64,000 nt of DNA from an uncultured Candidatus Rokubacteria bacterium. GTDB taxonomy: Bacteria > Methylomirabilota > Methylomirabilia > Rokubacteriales > CSP1-6. Below are positions 1 through 10,591 of this stretch, piece after piece. The notes under the pieces are model-generated. The model was not told the DNA's origin, did not search any database, and worked only from the letters and a program-made list of their open reading frames with translations. Positions within the stretch are counted from its first letter, which is position 1; the number at the start of each line of letters is the position of its first letter. The position numbers were made by a program, and so were the translations under genes. The DNA is taken from NCBI GenBank assembly GCA_963771355.1, contig CAVYTA010000006.1, positions 864,001-928,000 on the forward strand. Direction: 5' to 3'.

Positions 1-1767
1 GGCGACGTAGCGGTCGGGGCCGACCTTCTCGGGCAGGGGACGAGGCACAGCGCTGGTGAACACCAGGAACGGCCCCACCCGTGCGGGGACACCCCACTGC
101 GGATCCGAGGTCAGGAAGCCAAGGTTCGGCATGTCCTCGTCCAGCGCCACCACCGTGGACACGCGCAGCCGCACGGCCAGACGCGAGAACTCATCCGGCC
201 GCTGGCGCGGGAGCTCCCGCCCGAACACGCTCACGCCGTCGAGGCGCTCCGCCAGCGTGCGAATGGGCGCGGTCAGGGCGGCGGGCCCATCGGCCAGGCC
301 ACGGTAGAAGACACCCGCCACCGGCGACGGATGGGTGAAGGTGCCGCCGACCATGTCGCGCCCCGCCACCACCGGGGTGAGGCTCGTGAGGTGGGAATGC
401 GCCCGCCACCAGTCACGGCCGAACTCGAGCGGCACGCTCGAGCGCAGGAAGAGGACCCGACCCGCGGGCGCCCGCCCGAGCGCGTCCCACAGGGCCTCCA
501 TCCGGTTGCCGCGTATGATCTCCTGCGACGTCGGCCAGTCTCGCGGCCGCGGCCACAGCGAGAGCGAGGGCTCGTGCGAGCCGGGCGGCGCGCCGGCGAG
601 GAAGACGCCCGGCGCGAGCCCCAGTACCACCGCGATCCCCGCTGCGGCCCACGGCGGATTCCACTGATAGCGCGCGATACCCGCCCGCACGAGCCACGCG
701 ACCGCGGCGGAGCCCCCCAGGATCAGGGCGAGCAGGCACGCGTCCACGAGCCGGTCGGCGGGAAGCCAGAGCACGCCCGCATGCTCACCCAGGACGGCAT
801 CCACCACCGTCACGAGGAGGAGCGCGGGAACCAGAACCTGCAGCCAGAGGAGCCGTCGCGGCGGACGGGAGCCGAGCGCCAGGCCCACTCCGCCGGCGAG
901 ATTGACGGCAAGTAGGACCAGTAGCAGCGGGCGCCGTGCGACGCCCCCAATGAGCGCGGAGGGCGACGCATCGCCCCAGGCCAGCGGCAGGGCCATGGGC
1001 GGCCCCACCGCGAGATGCGCCGTGAGCGGCAGGAGCCAGAACCCGGCGATCCCGAGCCCCACGCCGGCGACGAGCACGGCGGCGCGCCACCAGGCGCGCC
1101 ACCCGCCCGGAGCGCAGACGCCCGCCAGGAGCACCAGCGCGAGTGCGGCCGGCAGGTGGGCGGGGTGCGCCAGGATCACGGCGGCCACCAGCAGCGTCGG
1201 CCGGGCTTGGGGCCGGCCCGTGGCCTCCAGCCACGGCAGCAACGAGAGCGCGAGCAGCGGCAGGAGGCCCCAGCCCAGCCGCGCCGCCACCAGGCCCCAG
1301 CGCAAGCCTTCCTCGATTCCGCTGCGCGACTCCGCCGAGATGGTCAGCGCGAGGAAGGCGCCGGGCAGCGCGAGCCAGCCATGGCCGAGCACCCGGCAGA
1401 GCAGCATGTAGGTGCTCGCGCCCGGCAGCAGGAACACGAGCCAGACGAGGCCGAGGTAGATCGCGCCTGGGCTCAGGGCGGCGAGCGCCGCGTGATGGAC
1501 GAGCGCCCCCAGATAGAAGAAGCCCGGAGGATAGTACTGTAGCTCCGGATAGCCCGCCCACCAGCCGGCGTTCCAGTGCCAGGGGGCTGGACCGAGGGTG
1601 ATGGCGTGAATGAGACGGTAGAGCTGCCCGGGATGGTCGTCGCCACCGGGGACGCCTCGACCCAGCGCCGTCCATCCCCATGCGACGGCGTAGGTGGCGA
1701 GCACGATCGCCGGCACGAGCAGACGGAAGACCACGGTTGAGCGCGATGATACCAGCGGCTGTCGCAT
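1..1767 (-). CDS. Multi-TM membrane protein, 6-pyruvoyl-tetrahydropterin-synthase-related/GT-C-like family (runs off the left edge)
   Basis: Not in the ORF track because its stop lies outside the window. Manual translation from ATG 1767 (alternative 1773) gives MRQPLVSSRSTVVFRLLVPAIVLATYAVAWGW...GDDHPGQLYRL...WHWNAGWWAGYPELQYYPPGFFY, followed by many hydrophobic segments. W-x-x-GYP-x-x-x-YYPP after TM1 is typical of this family. Confidence 0.7.
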   Translation of the reverse strand, partial: MRQPLVSSRSTVVFRLLVPAIVLATYAVAWGWTALGRGVPGGDDHPGQLYRLIHAITLGPAPWHWNAGWWAGYPELQYYPPGFFYLGALVHHAALAALSPGAIYLGLVWLVFLLPGASTYMLLCRVLGHGWLALPGAFLALTISAESRSGIEEGLRWGLVAARLGWGLLPLLALSLLPWLEATGRPQARPTLLVAAVILAHPAHLPAALALVLLAGVCAPGGWRAWWRAAVLVAGVGLGIAGFWLLPLTAHLAVGPPMALPLAWGDASPSALIGGVARRPLLLVLLAVNLAGGVGLALGSRPPRRLLWLQVLVPALLLVTVVDAVLGEHAGVLWLPADRLVDACLLALILGGSAAVAWLVRAGIARYQWNPPWAAAGIAVVLGLAPGVFLAGAPPGSHEPSLSLWPRPRDWPTSQEIIRGNRMEALWDALGRAPAGRVLFLRSSVPLEFGRDWWRAHSHLTSLTPVVAGRDMVGGTFTHPSPVAGVFYRGLADGPAALTAPIRTLAERLDGVSVFGRELPRQRPDEFSRLAVRLRVSTVVALDEDMPNLGFLTSDPQWGVPARVGPFLVFTSAVPRPLPEKVGPDRYVA

Positions 1768-1883
1768 TGACATTCGTTTCTTGGGAGTGTTAAGTATTCG
1801 AAATCGTAGCGCAGGGATCGGTGATCGCGGCAGCGGCCATGCCGCGATCGTGCAGCTACTTTCGGGGCTCAAATCCCCTACCG

Positions 1884-3154
<1,271 letters not shown>

Positions 3155-3155
<1 letters not shown>

Positions 3156-3433
3156 TGGGTGTGCCCGTCCGCATTCCGACGCCGCTCCGCAGCGTGACCA
3201 AGGGGGCCGCCGAGGTCCAGGCCGCCGGCGACACCGTGTCCGCCGTCATCGAGGATCTCGAGCGCCAGTTCCCCGGGCTGCGCGATCGGCTCGTCGACGA
3301 GGGGGGCGAGCTGCGGCGCTTCATCAATATCTACGTCAACGAGGAGGACATTCGCTTCCTCGAGGGCGCCAAGACCACGCTGAAGCCCGGTGACTCCGTC
3401 TCCATCGTGCCCGCGATCGCGGGGGGCCGGTAG
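3155..3433 (+). CDS. MoaD/ThiS/CysO-family ubiquitin-like sulfur carrier
   Basis: MGVPVRIPTPLR...RRFINIYVNEEDIRFL...SIVPAIAGGR; ATG overlaps the thrC stop (TAATG). Confidence 0.92.
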
Positions 3434-3441
3434 GACAGGCC

Positions 3442-3693
3442 ATGTGGGCCCTGGCGCGGATGCGGCTGCGGCTCACCGTTCCGGCCGAGCTCGTCCAGAA
3501 GCCCCTCCTCTATCATCTGGTCAAGGACTTCGACCTCGTGCCCAATGTTCGCCGCGCGGACGTGGGAGCCGACCACGGCTGGGTCGTCCTCGAGCTGGAG
3601 GGCGCCGAGGACCGCCTGCAGCGGGGCCTGGCCTGGCTCGAGGAGCAGGGCGTGACGGTGGACCCCATCGAGCGGGACGTGGTGCTCCCGTGA
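3442..3693 (+). CDS. Stand-alone NIL domain protein
   Basis: RLTVPAELVQKPLLYHLVKDFDLVPNVRRADV...GWVVLELEG matches the NIL (ACT-like, MetN C-terminal) pattern. Confidence 0.8.
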   Translation: MWALARMRLRLTVPAELVQKPLLYHLVKDFDLVPNVRRADVGADHGWVVLELEGAEDRLQRGLAWLEEQGVTVDPIERDVVLP

Positions 3694-3706
3694 TCCGGAA
3701 CGCGTC

Positions 3707-4876
3707 ATGATCGGGATCTCCCAGCGGGTGCAGGGGTTCACGGAATCCGTCATCCGTGAGATGACGCGCGTGAACAACCAGTACGACGGCATCAACCTCG
3801 CCCAGGGGATGCCCAACTTCCCGCCGCCCCGCGAGCTGGTGGAGGCGGCGCACCGGGCCCTGGACGGCGACTTCCATCAGTACGCGATCACCTGGGGGGC
3901 GCCACGACTCCGACGCGCCATCGCCGCGAAGTACCAGCGGTTCTACGGGATGACGGTGGACCCGGAGCGCCATGTCACCGTCTGCTGCGGGTCCACCGAG
4001 ACCATGCTCGCCACCCTGCTCGCCGTGCTCAACCCCGGCGACGAGGTGATCATCTTCGAGCCCTTCTACGAGAACTACGGGCCGGGGTGCATCATCGCCG
4101 GCGCCGTCCCCATCTGGGTGCCGCTGGAGCCGCCCGACTTCGGCTTCGATCCCGACCGGCTCGCCCGCGCCGTCACGCCCCGCACCCGCGCCATCGTCTT
4201 CAACAGCCCCAACAATCCCTCAGGGAAAGTCTTCTCCCGGGCGGAGCTCGGGCAGATCGCGGACCTCTGCCTCAAGCACGATCTCCTGGCCATCACCGAC
4301 GAGATCTACGAGCACATCGTCTACGACGGCGCCGGGCACACCCCCATCGCGACCCTGCCCGGCATGGCCGACCGGACGATCACCATCTCGGGGATCTCGA
4401 AGTCCTACTCGGTGACGGGCTGGCGCGTCGGATATGCCATCGCGAGCCCGGAGCTGTCGCTGGGCATCCGCCGCGCGCACGATTTCATCACCGTGGGCGC
4501 GCCGCACCCCCTCCAGGAGGCCGCCGTCACCGCGCTGGAGTTCCCGGACACGTACTACACCTATCTCCGGGAGAGCTATCAGGCACGCCGCGATCTCCTC
4601 TTCGAGCAGGTGGAGGCGGCCGGGTTCATCGCCTGGAAGCCGCGGGGGGCGTATTACATCCTGACCGACGCCGCCCACTTCATGAAGCGTTACGACTGCG
4701 GGGACGACACCGCCTTCGCCATGCACCTCATCAAGGCGATCGGCGTCGCCACCGTCCCCGGCTCGTCCTTCTATGCCCACGGCGAGCTGGGCCGGACCAA
4801 GATCCGCTTCTGCTTCCCCAAGACGGACGACATGCTCATCGAGGCGGGCCGCCGGCTCCAAAAGCTCGCGCGGTGA
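3707..4876 (+). CDS. PLP-dependent class I/II aminotransferase (YbdL/methionine-aminotransferase-like)
   Basis: INLAQGMPNF, NSPNNPSGK, TDEIYEH, SKSYSVTGWRVGY. Confidence 0.9.
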   Translation: MIGISQRVQGFTESVIREMTRVNNQYDGINLAQGMPNFPPPRELVEAAHRALDGDFHQYAITWGAPRLRRAIAAKYQRFYGMTVDPERHVTVCCGSTETMLATLLAVLNPGDEVIIFEPFYENYGPGCIIAGAVPIWVPLEPPDFGFDPDRLARAVTPRTRAIVFNSPNNPSGKVFSRAELGQIADLCLKHDLLAITDEIYEHIVYDGAGHTPIATLPGMADRTITISGISKSYSVTGWRVGYAIASPELSLGIRRAHDFITVGAPHPLQEAAVTALEFPDTYYTYLRESYQARRDLLFEQVEAAGFIAWKPRGAYYILTDAAHFMKRYDCGDDTAFAMHLIKAIGVATVPGSSFYAHGELGRTKIRFCFPKTDDMLIEAGRRLQKLAR

Positions 4877-6186
4877 CCCCGCGCGATGCGGCCCGCGCGG
4901 TCTTCGACGCCGCGCTCCGGGCCGGTGACGTCGGGCCCCTCGTCCACCGGGCGCTCGAAGGACTCGACCAATCCCCGCGCGGCCGGGTGCTCGTGGTCGG
5001 GGCGGGCAAGGCGTCGGGCGCCATGGCCGCGGCGGCCGAGGAGGCGCTGGGCGACCGCGTGGCCGATGGCGTGGTGGCGGTCAAGGATGGACATCTCGCG
5101 CCGACGCGCCGGGTGCGGCTGCTCGAGGCCGGACATCCCGTCCCGGACCGGCGCGGCGCCGAGGCGGCGCGCGCCATTCGCGATCTGGCCTCGACCGCGT
5201 CCGCGGACGACCTGGTGCTCGTCCTCGTCTCCGGCGGAGGCTCGGCGCTCACCCCCGCGCCGGCGCCGCCGATCACCCTGGAAGAGAAGCAGTCCCTTAC
5301 CCGGCTGCTCCTGCGCGCCGGGGCCAATATCAATCAGCTCAACGCGGTGCGGAAGCACTGCTCCACGCTCAAGGGCGGCCAGCTCGCCCGTGCGGCGGCT
5401 CCCGCCCGGGTCCAGGCCTTGCTCCTCTCCGACGTCATCGGCGATGCCCTCGACGTGATCGCCTCCGGCCCCACCGCTCCCGACGCCTCGACCTTCGCGG
5501 AGGCCATGGGGATCCTGGCCCGCTTCGACATCCGGGATCAGGTTGCCCCGTCCATCGTGGCCCGCCTCCAGCAGGGGATGCTAGGGGCGATTCCCGAGAC
5601 GCCCAAGCCGGGCGACCCGCTCTTCGAGCGCGTCGGCAACCTCGTCATCGGCAACAACGCCCTGGTGGTGGACGCGGCGGCGGCCGCCGCCCGGGAGCTG
5701 GGACTCGTTCCGCATGTCCTCACGCGGTCACTCGAGGGCGAGGCGCGGGAAGTGGGCCGGCGCTTCGCGGCCATGGCGCGCGACATCCGGGAGGGGCGCG
5801 GCCCCGTGGCGCCCCCGTGCTGTGTGATCGCGGGCGGAGAGACCACGGTGACCGTGCGCGGCCAGGGCAGTGGCGGCCGCTGTCAGGAGCTCGCCCTCGC
5901 CGCGGCCATCGAGCTGGAGGGCGTGCCCGGCGTGGTCGTGCTCGCGGCGGGAACCGATGGCAGCGATGGGCCCACCACCGCGGCGGGAGGCGTCGGCGAC
6001 GGCAGGAGCGTGAGACGGGCGCGCGCCGCCGGAGTGGACCTTTCGGCTCACCTGGCCGACAACAGCTCTCATGCGGCACTCGAGGCGCTCGGCGATCTCC
6101 TCGTCACCGGCCCGACCAACACGAACCTTCTCGACCTCTATCTGATCGTCGTGCTCGACGGGCCCTCGCCCGACTGCCTTCCCTGA
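4873..6186 (+). CDS. Glycerate 2-kinase (TtuD/GckA, MOFRL family)
   Basis: VGAGKAS, AGHPVPD, SGGGSAL, VIASGPT, GGETTV, AGTDGSDG, TGPTNTN; GTG 4873 overlaps the upstream stop. Confidence 0.9.
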   Translation: MTPRDAARAVFDAALRAGDVGPLVHRALEGLDQSPRGRVLVVGAGKASGAMAAAAEEALGDRVADGVVAVKDGHLAPTRRVRLLEAGHPVPDRRGAEAARAIRDLASTASADDLVLVLVSGGGSALTPAPAPPITLEEKQSLTRLLLRAGANINQLNAVRKHCSTLKGGQLARAAAPARVQALLLSDVIGDALDVIASGPTAPDASTFAEAMGILARFDIRDQVAPSIVARLQQGMLGAIPETPKPGDPLFERVGNLVIGNNALVVDAAAAAARELGLVPHVLTRSLEGEAREVGRRFAAMARDIREGRGPVAPPCCVIAGGETTVTVRGQGSGGRCQELALAAAIELEGVPGVVVLAAGTDGSDGPTTAAGGVGDGRSVRRARAAGVDLSAHLADNSSHAALEALGDLLVTGPTNTNLLDLYLIVVLDGPSPDCLP

Positions 6187-6333
6187 AGGCGAAGTGCTCT
6201 TAGTGCGCGAGATTCCATCATGGGGGAGGAATGACCCACCGGGTTATCCACCAACGACTCACAGGATCAGTGGACAAACGGGCACTCCGCCGCGGCCGGA
6301 CTGCCCAATGCGCTGTGCTATCCTAACGCGCGT

Positions 6334-7368
6334 ATGTCGCGAGGAAATTTCCTTGATCTCCTCCCCGCCGAGCTCGAAGCACTGGCCGAGTCACTGGGCG
6401 CGCCCGGCTATCGAGGACGGCAGATCGCGTCCTGGATCTATGGCAAGGGCGTGCTGGACCCGCGCGCCATGTCAGACCTGCCGCGTGAGTTCCGTGATGC
6501 CCTCGCGGAGCGGGGCGAGGCGGTGCTCCCGCAGCTCGAGCGCGCCACCCCCTCCCAGGACGGCAGCGAGAAGCTGGTCTTCCGTCTGGCCGATGGGGGA
6601 CGCATCCAGTCCGTGCTCATGCCCGACGAGGACCGGCTGACCCTCTGCCTCTCCACCCAGGTCGGCTGCGGCTTCGGCTGCACCTTCTGCTTCACCGGGA
6701 CCATGGGGCTGGGCCGCGACCTGACGGTCGGGGAGATCGTGGGCCAGGTGCTGGCCGCGCGGGCCCGGCTCGCCGCGGGGGCCCGCATCACCCACGTGGT
6801 GTACATGGGCATGGGCGAGCCGCTCGCCAACTACGCCGCCACCGTGAAGTCCCTTCGCATCCTCACCGATCCGCGCGGCGTCGGGCTGTCCCCGCGGCGG
6901 ATCACGGTGTCCACGGTGGGGCTGGCGGCGGGGATCGAGAAGCTCGCCAAGGAGGACCTGCGGGTCAATCTGGCCATCTCGCTCCACGCCACCACCAACG
7001 AGACGCGCGACCGGCTGATGCCCGTGAACCGCGGCTTCCCCATCGAGGCGCTGCTGGCCGCCTGCAAGCGCTTCCCCCTGCCGATGCGGCAGCGCATGAC
7101 CTTCGAGTACGTGCTGCTCGACGGGGTCAACGACTCGCCCCAGGACGCCAAGCGCCTGCTCAAGCTCCTCAAGGGCATCCGGGCCAAGGTGAACCTCATT
7201 CCGTTCAATGACTGGGAGGGCTCGGATTTCGCCCGGCCCCCGCTGGCGCACATCCTGAGCTTCCAGGCCATCCTGCTCGAGAACGGGATCACCGCCACCG
7301 TGCGCTGGAGCAAGGGCGAGGACATCGGAGCCGCCTGCGGCCAGCTCAACGAGCGGGTTGCGGGGTGA
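6334..7368 (+). CDS. rlmN: 23S rRNA/tRNA m2A methyltransferase RlmN (radical SAM)
   Basis: CLSTQVGCGFGCTFC, MGMGEP, ISLHA, GEDIGAACGQL. Confidence 0.95.
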   Translation: MSRGNFLDLLPAELEALAESLGAPGYRGRQIASWIYGKGVLDPRAMSDLPREFRDALAERGEAVLPQLERATPSQDGSEKLVFRLADGGRIQSVLMPDEDRLTLCLSTQVGCGFGCTFCFTGTMGLGRDLTVGEIVGQVLAARARLAAGARITHVVYMGMGEPLANYAATVKSLRILTDPRGVGLSPRRITVSTVGLAAGIEKLAKEDLRVNLAISLHATTNETRDRLMPVNRGFPIEALLAACKRFPLPMRQRMTFEYVLLDGVNDSPQDAKRLLKLLKGIRAKVNLIPFNDWEGSDFARPPLAHILSFQAILLENGITATVRWSKGEDIGAACGQLNERVAG

Positions 7369-8714
7369 GCCTGCCGGTCACGGTGGCCTTGCCCACGCTG
7401 GGCTGCCGGCTGAATCAGGTCGAGTCGCAGGAGATGGCGGCCCTGCTGGAGTCGCGCGGCTTCCAGACCGTCGCCGCCGAGTCTCCCGCCCAGATCTATG
7501 TGGTGAACACGTGCACGGTGACCGGGCGCGCCGACCTGTCTGACCGCCAGCTGATCCGGCGGGTGAGACGGGACAATCCCGAGGCGGTGGTGGTGGTCAC
7601 CGGGTGCTTTGCCCAGACCGACCCCGAGGCGGTGGCGCGCGTCGGCGGGGTGGACCTCATCGTCGGCAACCAGGAAAAGTACCGGCTGCCGGAGATCCTC
7701 GCCGACCTGCTCGAGCGGCGCGGAGCCGCTGGCGCCGCCGCCGGTCCGCCGCCCATCCGCGTGGCGTCCATCCGCGAGGCCCGCTCGGTGCCCTTCGCGC
7801 CGCTCTCGCGCGTGGCCGGTCGCACGCGCGCCTTCGTCAAGGTCCAGGACGGCTGCCAGCACCGCTGCGCCTTCTGCATCGTGCCCGCCGCGCGGGGACC
7901 GAGCCGCAGCCAGGAGCCGGACGTGGTCGTCGAGCAGGCGTGCCGGCTGGTCGAGGCCGGGCATGGGGAGATCACGCTCACCGGCGTGGACCTGGGGCAC
8001 TACGGGCGCGACCTCGTGCCGCGCTCCAGCCTGGCCGGCCTGCTGCGCCGCCTGGCGGAGGTGCCGGGGCTTCGCTGGCTGCGCCTGTCCTCGGTGCTGC
8101 CCGCCTACTTCACGACGGAGCTGTTCGAGGCGGTGACGGAGCTTCCGGTGGTGGCCCCGCATCTGCACGTGCCGCTGCAAAGCGGCAGCGATCGCGTCCT
8201 GCGTCTGATGCGGCGGCCGTATACCGCGCGGATGTACCGCAACCTGCTCGAGCGCCTGGCGGGAGCCATCCCGGATCTCGGGCTCGGCAGTGACGTGATC
8301 GTGGGCCATCCCGGCGAGGGCGAGGCCGACTTCGCGGCCACGCTGGACCTGGTCCGCGCGCTGCCCTTCGCGTACCTCCATGTCTTCGCGTATTCGGACC
8401 GGCGAGGCACGGAGGCGGCGCGACTGCCCGCCCGCGTCGATTCGCCGACCGTGAAGGCGCGCAGCGCCGCGTTGCGCCGGCTCGCGGCGGACAAGGGGCT
8501 CGAGTTCCGCTGCCGCCTCCTCGGCCGGACCCGGGAGGTGCTGGTCCTCGAGGCGCGCGATCGAGCCACCGGGCTTCGCGCCGGCCTCACCGGTAACTAT
8601 ATCGAGGTGCTGTTCCCCGGCGGGGAAGGGCTCGCCCGCCGCTTCGTTCCCGTGCGCATCACGGAGTGCAGCCGCGAGCGGACGCTGGGAGCGCTGACCG
8701 CGGTGCCGGCATGA
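7365..8714 (+). CDS. mtaB: tRNA t6A methylthiotransferase MtaB
   Basis: TLGCRLNQVES, VNTCTVT, VTGCFAQ, KVQDGCQHRCAFC, C-terminal TRAM-like region. Confidence 0.9.
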   Translation: MSLPVTVALPTLGCRLNQVESQEMAALLESRGFQTVAAESPAQIYVVNTCTVTGRADLSDRQLIRRVRRDNPEAVVVVTGCFAQTDPEAVARVGGVDLIVGNQEKYRLPEILADLLERRGAAGAAAGPPPIRVASIREARSVPFAPLSRVAGRTRAFVKVQDGCQHRCAFCIVPAARGPSRSQEPDVVVEQACRLVEAGHGEITLTGVDLGHYGRDLVPRSSLAGLLRRLAEVPGLRWLRLSSVLPAYFTTELFEAVTELPVVAPHLHVPLQSGSDRVLRLMRRPYTARMYRNLLERLAGAIPDLGLGSDVIVGHPGEGEADFAATLDLVRALPFAYLHVFAYSDRRGTEAARLPARVDSPTVKARSAALRRLAADKGLEFRCRLLGRTREVLVLEARDRATGLRAGLTGNYIEVLFPGGEGLARRFVPVRITECSRERTLGALTAVPA

Positions 8715-9646
8715 CCGCGCGGACACCGACGACCCGGAAGGCCGCCGCCAGCGAGCCCTCCCTTGGCGTCATCGGCGGCAGCGGGCTCTACGAGATCGAC
8801 GAGCTCACGGACGTGCGCTGGACCCGGGTCCGCACGCCGTTCGGCGACCCGTCCGACGCCTTCTGCGTGGGCCGCTTCGGCGACCGGCAGGTCATTTTCC
8901 TCCCCCGGCACGGGCGCGGGCACCGGCTCACCCCGACCGAGCTGAACTACCGCGCCAATATCTGGGGGCTCAAGCATCTCGGGGCCCAGGCGGTGATCTC
9001 GGTGTCGGCGGTGGGCAGCATGCGGGAAGACATCCGCCCCCTGGACCTCGTCATCCCCGATCAGTTCTTCGACCACACGCGGCACCGGATCTCGACCTTC
9101 TTCAGCGACGGCATCGTCGGCCATGTGGGCATGGCGCACCCGGTCTGCGAGGATCTGGCCGACGTGCTCGAGGCGGCCGGGCGCGAGGCCGGCGCCACCG
9201 TGCATCGGGGCGGCACCTACATCTGCATCGAGGGCCCCCAGTTCTCGACCAAGGGAGAATCCGAGGTGTATCGGCGCTGGGGAATGTCGGTGATCGGCAT
9301 GACCAACATGCCGGAGGCCAAGCTCGCTCGCGAAGCCGAGCTCTGCTACGCGACGGTGGCCCTGGCGACCGACTACGACGTCTGGCATCCGCAGCACGAC
9401 GCGGTGACGGTGGAGGCGGTGATCGCGAACCTCGTGAAGAACGTGGCCACCGCCAAGGACGTGCTCCGTCGCGCGATTCCTCGCGTGAAGGGCGGCGGCT
9501 GCCGCACCGGCTGCGGAGAGGCGCTCCGCTCCGCCATCATCACCGATCGGCAGAGCATCCCGGCGCGCACCCGCCGGCGGCTCGCGCTGCTGGTGGACCG
9601 TCACCTCGGCCCACGCCCCACGCCCGCGCGGCGCGGAAAGGCCTAG
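8711..9646 (+). CDS. mtnP: S-methyl-5'-thioadenosine phosphorylase
   Basis: GVIGGSGLY, TPFGDPS, LPRHGRGH, EGPQFST, IGMTNMPEAKLAREAE, TDYDVWH. Confidence 0.93.
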   Translation: MTARTPTTRKAAASEPSLGVIGGSGLYEIDELTDVRWTRVRTPFGDPSDAFCVGRFGDRQVIFLPRHGRGHRLTPTELNYRANIWGLKHLGAQAVISVSAVGSMREDIRPLDLVIPDQFFDHTRHRISTFFSDGIVGHVGMAHPVCEDLADVLEAAGREAGATVHRGGTYICIEGPQFSTKGESEVYRRWGMSVIGMTNMPEAKLAREAELCYATVALATDYDVWHPQHDAVTVEAVIANLVKNVATAKDVLRRAIPRVKGGGCRTGCGEALRSAIITDRQSIPARTRRRLALLVDRHLGPRPTPARRGKA

Positions 9647-9649
9647 CCC

Positions 9650-10576
9650 ATGCCCGAGTCCAGCCCTTCCGACCTCCTCGTGGTCGGCTCGGTGGCCATC
9701 GACAACGTGACCACCCCCTTCGGGAAGGCAGCCGAGGCGCTGGGCGGCTCCGCCACTTACTTTTCCTACGCGGCGAGCTTCTTCACCCAGGCGCGGATCG
9801 TGGCCGCCGTCGGCGACGACTTCCCCCGGGAGCACCTGCAGCTCCTGGAAAAGCGCGGCGTGGACATCGCCGGGCTCGAGGTGCTCGCGGGAAAGAAGAC
9901 CTTCCGGTGGACCGGCGAGTACGGCTTCGACCTCAACGATGCCCGGACGCTGGACGTCCAGCTCAACGTGCTCGGCGAGTTCCGGCCCCGACTCACGGCG
10001 GCGCAGCGGAAGATTCCGTATCTCTTCCTCGCCAATAACGATCCCGAGGTGCAGCTGGAGGTGCTCGAGCAGATGGAGCACCCCCGGCTCACCGCGCTCG
10101 ACACCATGAACTTCTGGATCGAGGGCAAGCGCGAGGCGCTGGGGCGCGTGCTCGCGCGGGTGGACGTGCTCCTCATCAACGACGCGGAGGCGCGCATGCT
10201 CGCCGGCGAGCCCAACCTGATCAAGGCCGCGCGGGCCATCCTCGGCATGGGCCCCAAGGCGGTGGTGGTGAAGCGCGGCGAGTACGGCGCCCTCATGGTC
10301 AGCGCCGGCCGCTTCTTCTTCGCGCCGGCCTATCCGCTGGAGGCGGTCTTCGACCCCACCGGGGCGGGGGACACCTTCGCGGGCGGCTTCATGGGCTATC
10401 TGGCCCAGCTGGGCGTGGCGGACGCCGACGCCTTCCGTCCCGCCATGGTGAACGGCGCGGTGATGGCATCCTTCACCGTCGAGGACTTCTCGCTGGATCG
10501 GCTCAAACGCCTGACGCCGGCAGAGATCGAGTCGCGCTATCGGAGCTTCCAGGAGATGGTACGCTTCGAGACCTGA
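9650..10576 (+). CDS. PfkB/ribokinase-family sugar or nucleoside kinase
   Basis: LGGSATYFS, VKRGEYGA, DPTGAGDTFAGG. Confidence 0.9.
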   Translation: MPESSPSDLLVVGSVAIDNVTTPFGKAAEALGGSATYFSYAASFFTQARIVAAVGDDFPREHLQLLEKRGVDIAGLEVLAGKKTFRWTGEYGFDLNDARTLDVQLNVLGEFRPRLTAAQRKIPYLFLANNDPEVQLEVLEQMEHPRLTALDTMNFWIEGKREALGRVLARVDVLLINDAEARMLAGEPNLIKAARAILGMGPKAVVVKRGEYGALMVSAGRFFFAPAYPLEAVFDPTGAGDTFAGGFMGYLAQLGVADADAFRPAMVNGAVMASFTVEDFSLDRLKRLTPAEIESRYRSFQEMVRFET

Positions 10577-10591
10577 GCGGGAGACACTCAC

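Noticed and set aside
4087..4872. Long N-terminal extensions or apparent fusions in the ORF track (699-aa glycerate kinase, 909-aa CoxL, 937-aa amidohydrolase, 625-aa rhomboid, 575-aa NadK, 532-aa RibD)
   Set aside because: The extensions are Arg/Gly/Pro-rich off-frame readings of the upstream genes; the true starts sit at the stop/start overlaps.
6187..6333. Replication origin
   Set aside because: Only two imperfect DnaA-like boxes, no AT-rich unwinding element, and no dnaA/dnaN nearby.
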